Assembly: GCA_965115995.1 (NCBI GenBank)
Contig: OZ220472.1
Location: 3,384,419-3,448,418 of the forward strand
DNA length: 64,000 nt
Reading direction: 5' to 3'
From: Acidimicrobiales bacterium
GTDB lineage: Bacteria > Actinomycetota > Acidimicrobiia > Acidimicrobiales > Poriferisodalaceae
Shown: positions 55,701 through 61,700 of the stretch, piece after piece
Position numbering within the stretch: the stretch's first letter is position 1
Layout of the letters: every line of letters begins with the position of its first letter
Translations under genes and position numbers: made by a program
The notes under the pieces: model-generated
Database searches by the model: none
What the model saw: the letters and a program-made list of their open reading frames with translations, nothing else
What the model was told of the DNA's origin: nothing

Positions 55701-58700
55701 GATGATGCGGGCAGCACGCAGATGACGGTGTCGGTGGAGCGCACCGGTGCGGCCCACGTGAATGAGGGCACCGGCAATGTGGCGGGCGAGCCGATCGCGT
55801 TCGAGGTCACGTTGGGCAGGGCTTTGACGGCGGGCGAACGGGTCGATGTCGGGCTGGTCATCTCCGGGGCGGGGGTGACGGCGTCGGATTTCGCGGCGCT
55901 GGCGAAGACGGCGGGCAGGGATCTGAACACGGGTGTGAGCGTGGAGGCGGCGGGGTCGCTGGCGCCGACGGTGGTCTTCGCCGGCGAGGGCGCGCAGTCA
56001 GCGACGCTGGTGCTCGAGCCGATCGACGCGGTGCTCGAGACGCCGCGCAATGAGGTGGTGGCTGTGGCTCTGGCCAGCGCAGCGAGGCTGGGGGCGGACA
56101 GCGACACGAACGTGCCCGAGACGCTGGTCGTGGACTCGAGTGCCGATGAGTTCACCGCGACGGTGGTCGACGACGAGTACGAGCTGACGTTCACGCAGAA
56201 CTCGTTCACGGCGGCGGAGGGCGACGGGCCGGTGTCGGTCACGCTCGAGCTCTCGCGGGTGTTGACCCGGGACGTGCTGGTGGCGTTGACGCTCGACGAT
56301 GTGACCACAACAATCGACGATTGGGAGCTTGCGAACGACTCCACCGATCCGGTGACGATCCCCGCGGGCGAGCGGCGCGCCACTTTGGAGTTCTCGGTCG
56401 TCGATGACGATGTCATCGAGCCGACCGAGACGCTGCGGGTTCTGACGGATCCTCAGCATCGGCCTGCGGGCACGGTGTTGGATGTCGCCACGGTGCAGAT
56501 CGCTGACAACGACCCGACCGTGACGGTCACCGCAGCCTCGGAGGTGTTCGAGGGCGACGCGATCGACTTCACGGTGACACGCAACGCGGTGTATGCCGGG
56601 ACCGGTGACAGCAGGACGTCGAGTGCGTTGACGGTGAACGTGGCCGTGGCCGAGTCGGGTTCGACAGATTATGTGGCTGCCGGCGATGAGGGTCCCCGGC
56701 AGGTGACGATCCCGGCGAATGAGGCGTCGGTGACGTTCACGGTTGCCACGACGGGCAACAGCAGCGCTGACAGCGGTGCGAACACGGCGACGGCGACGGT
56801 TCAGGCGCCGACGACTGCGGCTGCCTACTTCGTGGCGGCGGGGTCGAAGGGGTCCGCCGTGGTGAGCGTTCTTGATGACGACGCTCCCGGCGTGACGGTC
56901 AGGCCGGTGTCGTTGCGTGTCTGGGAGCTCGACAACGGGTTGACGGACGACCATCGTGAGGACCAGGCGACCTATCAGGTGCGGTTGAGTTCGGCGCCCG
57001 GCGCGGGTGAGACGGTGACGGTCACCCCGACGAGCGGCGACACTGCTGCGGCGACGGTGGACCCGACAAGCCTCGATTTCACAGCGGCGAACTGGAAGGT
57101 CCCGCAAGTGTTCACGGTGACCGGCGTTGCCGACGCGACCGAGAGCGCGGGTCACCAGCGCACGGTGACCGTTACCCATGCGGTGAGCGCGTCGGGGTCG
57201 GGGAATTACGGGTCGGTGACGACAGGGCCTTCGGTGAGCGTGGATGTGATCGACGTGCCGGTGCTGTCGATCGCCAGCCCGAGCGTTACCGAGGGTGACA
57301 GCGGCACGACGGATTTGGTGTTCACGGTGACGTTGACGCCAGCGAGTCGGCGGACGGTGACGGTGGATTACCTGCGTTGGGATGCGCTCAGCACCACGGC
57401 ACCCGGTGTCGATCATGAGGCTGTGACGCCGGGGACGTTGACGTTCGCGCCTGGTGAGACGTCGAAGACGGTCACGGTGAAGGTGCTCGGCGATGTCGTC
57501 GTTGAGCCTGATGAGAATTTGGTGCTGTATCTGCGGGATCCGACGGTGGCGGTGTTGGACCCGGATGCGGTGGCGAGTATCGGCGATATCCGCAACGACG
57601 ACACTTCGGCGCCGCCGGTGCTGTCGATCGCCGGTAGCAGCACCGCAGAGGGTGACAGCGGTACCGCTGATTTGGTGTTCACGGTGACGTTGACGCCCGC
57701 GGCCAGCCGGACTGTGACAGTCGGTTACAGCCGCGGGGCTGTGAAGCTCACCCCCGCACAGGTCGCGGCCGGCCGGCGCGGCGCTACCGGTTCGGTGGAT
57801 TATGAGGCTTTCGTGGGGGGGACGCTGAGCTTCGCGGCGGGTGAGACGTCCAAGACGGTGACGGTGAAGGTGAAAGGAGATGTCGACGTCGAGCCTGATG
57901 AGTTGGTCGTGGTGGAACTGTCGGATCCGGTGCATGCGGTGATCGACCCGGCCGGCCAGAAAGCCGTCGGTGTGATCGCCAACGACGACGGCTTGCTGAG
58001 ACTGTCTGCGACGACGGCGACGATCGACGAGGTCGACGACTCTGCTACGCCGTCGGTGCGAGAGGACCAGGTCACGTTCACGGTGCAGTTGAGCGAGGCG
58101 CCCCAGGGCGGGGACGTGAAGGTGGCGGTCACCAGCGAGAGGCCTGTGGTGACGGTGAGCCCGAGGGAGCTGACGTTCGCCGCCGGCGACTGGAACGACC
58201 CGCAGACGGTCACGGTGAGCGCGGTCAACGACATCGTCGACAACTCCGGCGACGAGCGGACCGGGACCGTCAAGCTTGTGGCGTCGGGGGCGGGCACCGG
58301 CTTCGACGGCGCTGCGGCCAAGGTGCTCGTCGCGGTGACCGACGACGATGGCCCTCCGGTGCTGTCGGTTGATACCCCGACCGTGGAGGAGGGCGACAGC
58401 GGCACGACGGATCTGGAGTTCACGGTGACGTTGGACAGTCTCAGCGGCAACACCGTGACTGTGGACTACGCCGATTCCGGCAGCGGCACCGCCACCTCGG
58501 GCGCCAACGCCGACTACAAGCCGGTCACGGCGGGCACGGTGACGTTCAAGCCGAATGAGACATCGGTGACCGTCACAGTGACCGTCAACGGCGACACCAC
58601 CGCGGAACCCGACGAAGCCGTCGTGTTGAGCTTGTCGAACCCATCGAATGCCACGCTTGCAGGAGGCGGCGTCTCGCTGGTGGCGACCGGCACGATCCTC

Positions 58701-61700
58701 GACGACGACACCACGGTGGAGGTGTCGGCGGTGCGCACAGGCGCAGCGACCGTCAACGAGGGCACGTCCGGCGACGCCTATGAGAACGACGAGGGCGTTT
58801 GGGTCGACCCGGCGCACGGCGCGATCACTTTCGAGGTCAGGCTCAGCCGCGCTCTGGGATCGGGCGGACGGATCGAGGTGCCGCTGGCAGTTTCGGGTAC
58901 TGGTGTCACCGCCGACGATTTCAAGGACCTGGTCCTCGCCGACGGCGACTCGCTCAACACGGGAGTGAGCATCACCGACGCCAGCACGTTGACCCCTGTG
59001 GTGGTGTTCGACGGCGCCGGCGCGCAGATCGCGACGCTGATACTCGAAGCGTTCGACGACGACTTGGAAGACCCCCGCAACGAGACCGTCACCATCGCCG
59101 TCGCGACCGACGCGGTGCTCGCCGCGCGGACCGGCACCACCGTCGCCGACGTCGCCCGCTCCGCCACCGTGTACAGTTTCGACACGACGGTGGTCGACGA
59201 CGAGTATCTCTTGGAGTTCACCGGGTCGGATCGGGTGAGGGTGCCTGAAGGGGCCGGCACGGTCAGCCTCGATTTGGGTCTGTCGCGGGCTGTGCACCGT
59301 GACGTGCTGGTGCGGTTCCGTTACGTCGATAACCCCGCCCTGCTTCCAGGCCCCAAGGACCTGTTCGGTTCGCCGGCGCGTGCCACCTCGGGCACCGATT
59401 ACACCCCCGCACACATCTTCGGCACCGAAGCCATCATCGAGGCGGGCGACACCGCGATGACGTTGACGTTCGACATCGCCGACGACAGCGACGACGAGTC
59501 CACGGAACGGCTACGGATCGCGGCCATACCCGAGAACCGGCCCGTCGGCTACCCCAACGACGTCGCCGACGTGTACATCGTCGACAACGACCCCGCCGGC
59601 GACAACGTGGTGGTGTCGGCGTCGAGCGTCGATGTGATCGAGGGTGCCGCCGCGGGCACCTACACCCTGAAGCTGGCGTCGGACCCGGTGCAGGACGTGA
59701 CCGTCACCGTCACTGTTCCCCAGGCGCACCGCGACGCGGTCACGGTGACAGCGCCGGGCGGCACCGCGGGGGCCACCGCCGAGCTCACCTTCACCACCGC
59801 CGGCACCGGCATCTGGTCGACCGCGCAGACCGTCACCGTCAGCGCCATTGCCGACGGCGACACCGTTGATGAGACCGTGCAGCTCGCCCACAGCGCCGCG
59901 GTGACCGTCACCGACAACCCTTACCACCAGATCGCCATCGACCCGGTAACCGTGAATGTCACCGACGACGCCAACGCGCCCGTGTCGGTGGCCATGTCCG
60001 CCTCCGACGGCGACAGCGACGGCAACGCGGTGGAGGGCGCGAGCGGTGCCACCGGCTACCGCACGGTCACTGTCACGCTGGGCCGTGCGTTGACCGGTTT
60101 GGAGACGGTGACGGTGCCGTTGACCGTCGTCGGCGCAACAGTCACCAGCGACTACACGTTCGGGTTGCAGCCCACGTCGCAGACGGGCGTGTCGCTTTCC
60201 ACGTCGGGTTCGCACAGCTTGCAGGACCCGGCGGTCGAGTTCGCCGCGGGCGCGCGGACTGCGACTCTGCGGCTGACGCCGGTGGACAACGAGGTCCCCA
60301 CGCAGCCGTATGTGATCGTCGACTACGGCACGGGCGGCCGCGCGCCCAGCGCCGGCGGCGGTGTCCCGCTGGCTGCGCCCACCGGCGGCCCGGTCGGCGT
60401 TGTCCTCGTCGATGACGACGGCGGCGACATCGAGGTGCCGTCGAATTGGGCGCTGGCGCCGTCGGGCCTGTCGGGCGGCGACGAGTTCCGGCTGATGTTC
60501 GTGACCTCCGAGACGCGCACCGCCGAGTCGGCTGATATCGATGTGTACAACGAGTGGGCGCGGGGCGTGGTCGCCGCGGGCGGGCACGCGAGCCTGAAGC
60601 CGTATGGCGGGCTGGTCACGGTGGTGGCCAGCACCGTGACCCGCCCGGCGCGCAACAACACCGGCATGTGGGCCTCGGGGGCTCACACCGACGGTTCCGC
60701 CAACGCCTCCGATCCCGGTGTGGCCGTGTACTGGCTGGCCGCGCCTCCAGGCGACAAGGTGGCCGACAACTACGCCGATTTCCACGACAATTCCTGGGAC
60801 GGCGGCGCCGACCAGTCGGCCCGAGACACTGTCGAGTCCGGGGCGGACCGCGCGGCCGCCGCAGCGTTCTGGACCGGCAGCCGCCCCAGCGGCCAAGCAG
60901 CCGCCAACAGAGCGAACCGGCTCGGCTCAAGCATGCCGGCCACAGCGGTCGTCGACTCCGGCGGCACTCTCTCAGGGCCCGGCGCGAGCCCGACCAGCGC
61001 GCTGGCGATGCTGGTCATGTCACCAGTGTTCAAACTGGCCACAACCGCAGCCGCACCGGTGCTGGCGTTCAGCAAGGCCACCTACGACATCGCCGAGGAC
61101 GGCGGCACCGTCAGCGTGATCGTTAACGCAAACAACGCGCCGCCCATGGATCTGACGGTGAGCCTGAGCACGAACGACGGCACCGCCACCGGCGGAACCG
61201 ACTTCACGAATCCGGCGACGACGTTCAGTTTCCCCGCCGGCATGACCTCGCACACGATCCGCGTCGACATCACCGACGATATGGCCCTGGAGAACGACGA
61301 GGACTTCACGCTGACGCTGGCGGCGGGCACCGACTACACCGTCGGCACGCCCGCGACGACGACGGTGACCATCACCGACAACGAGCCCGACCCGGTGATC
61401 TCCATAGCGCCCGTGGCGGCCACGGTCACCGAGGGCACCGACGCCGTGTTCACGGTGACGGCGACCCCAGCACCGACAGCGCCGTTGACGGTGAACCTCA
61501 CGGTGGTCGAGACCGGCAGCTTCGGTGCGTCGCCCACCGGTTCGCAGACCGTCACGATCCCCACCACCGGCTCGACCCTGTTCACTGTGAACACTACCGG
61601 CGACTCCCTTGATGAAGCCGACGGGTCGGTGAAGGTGGCGGTGGACACGGGGTCGGGCTACACGGTGTCGTCGACGAGTGGCTCCGCGACGGTGGCGGTC

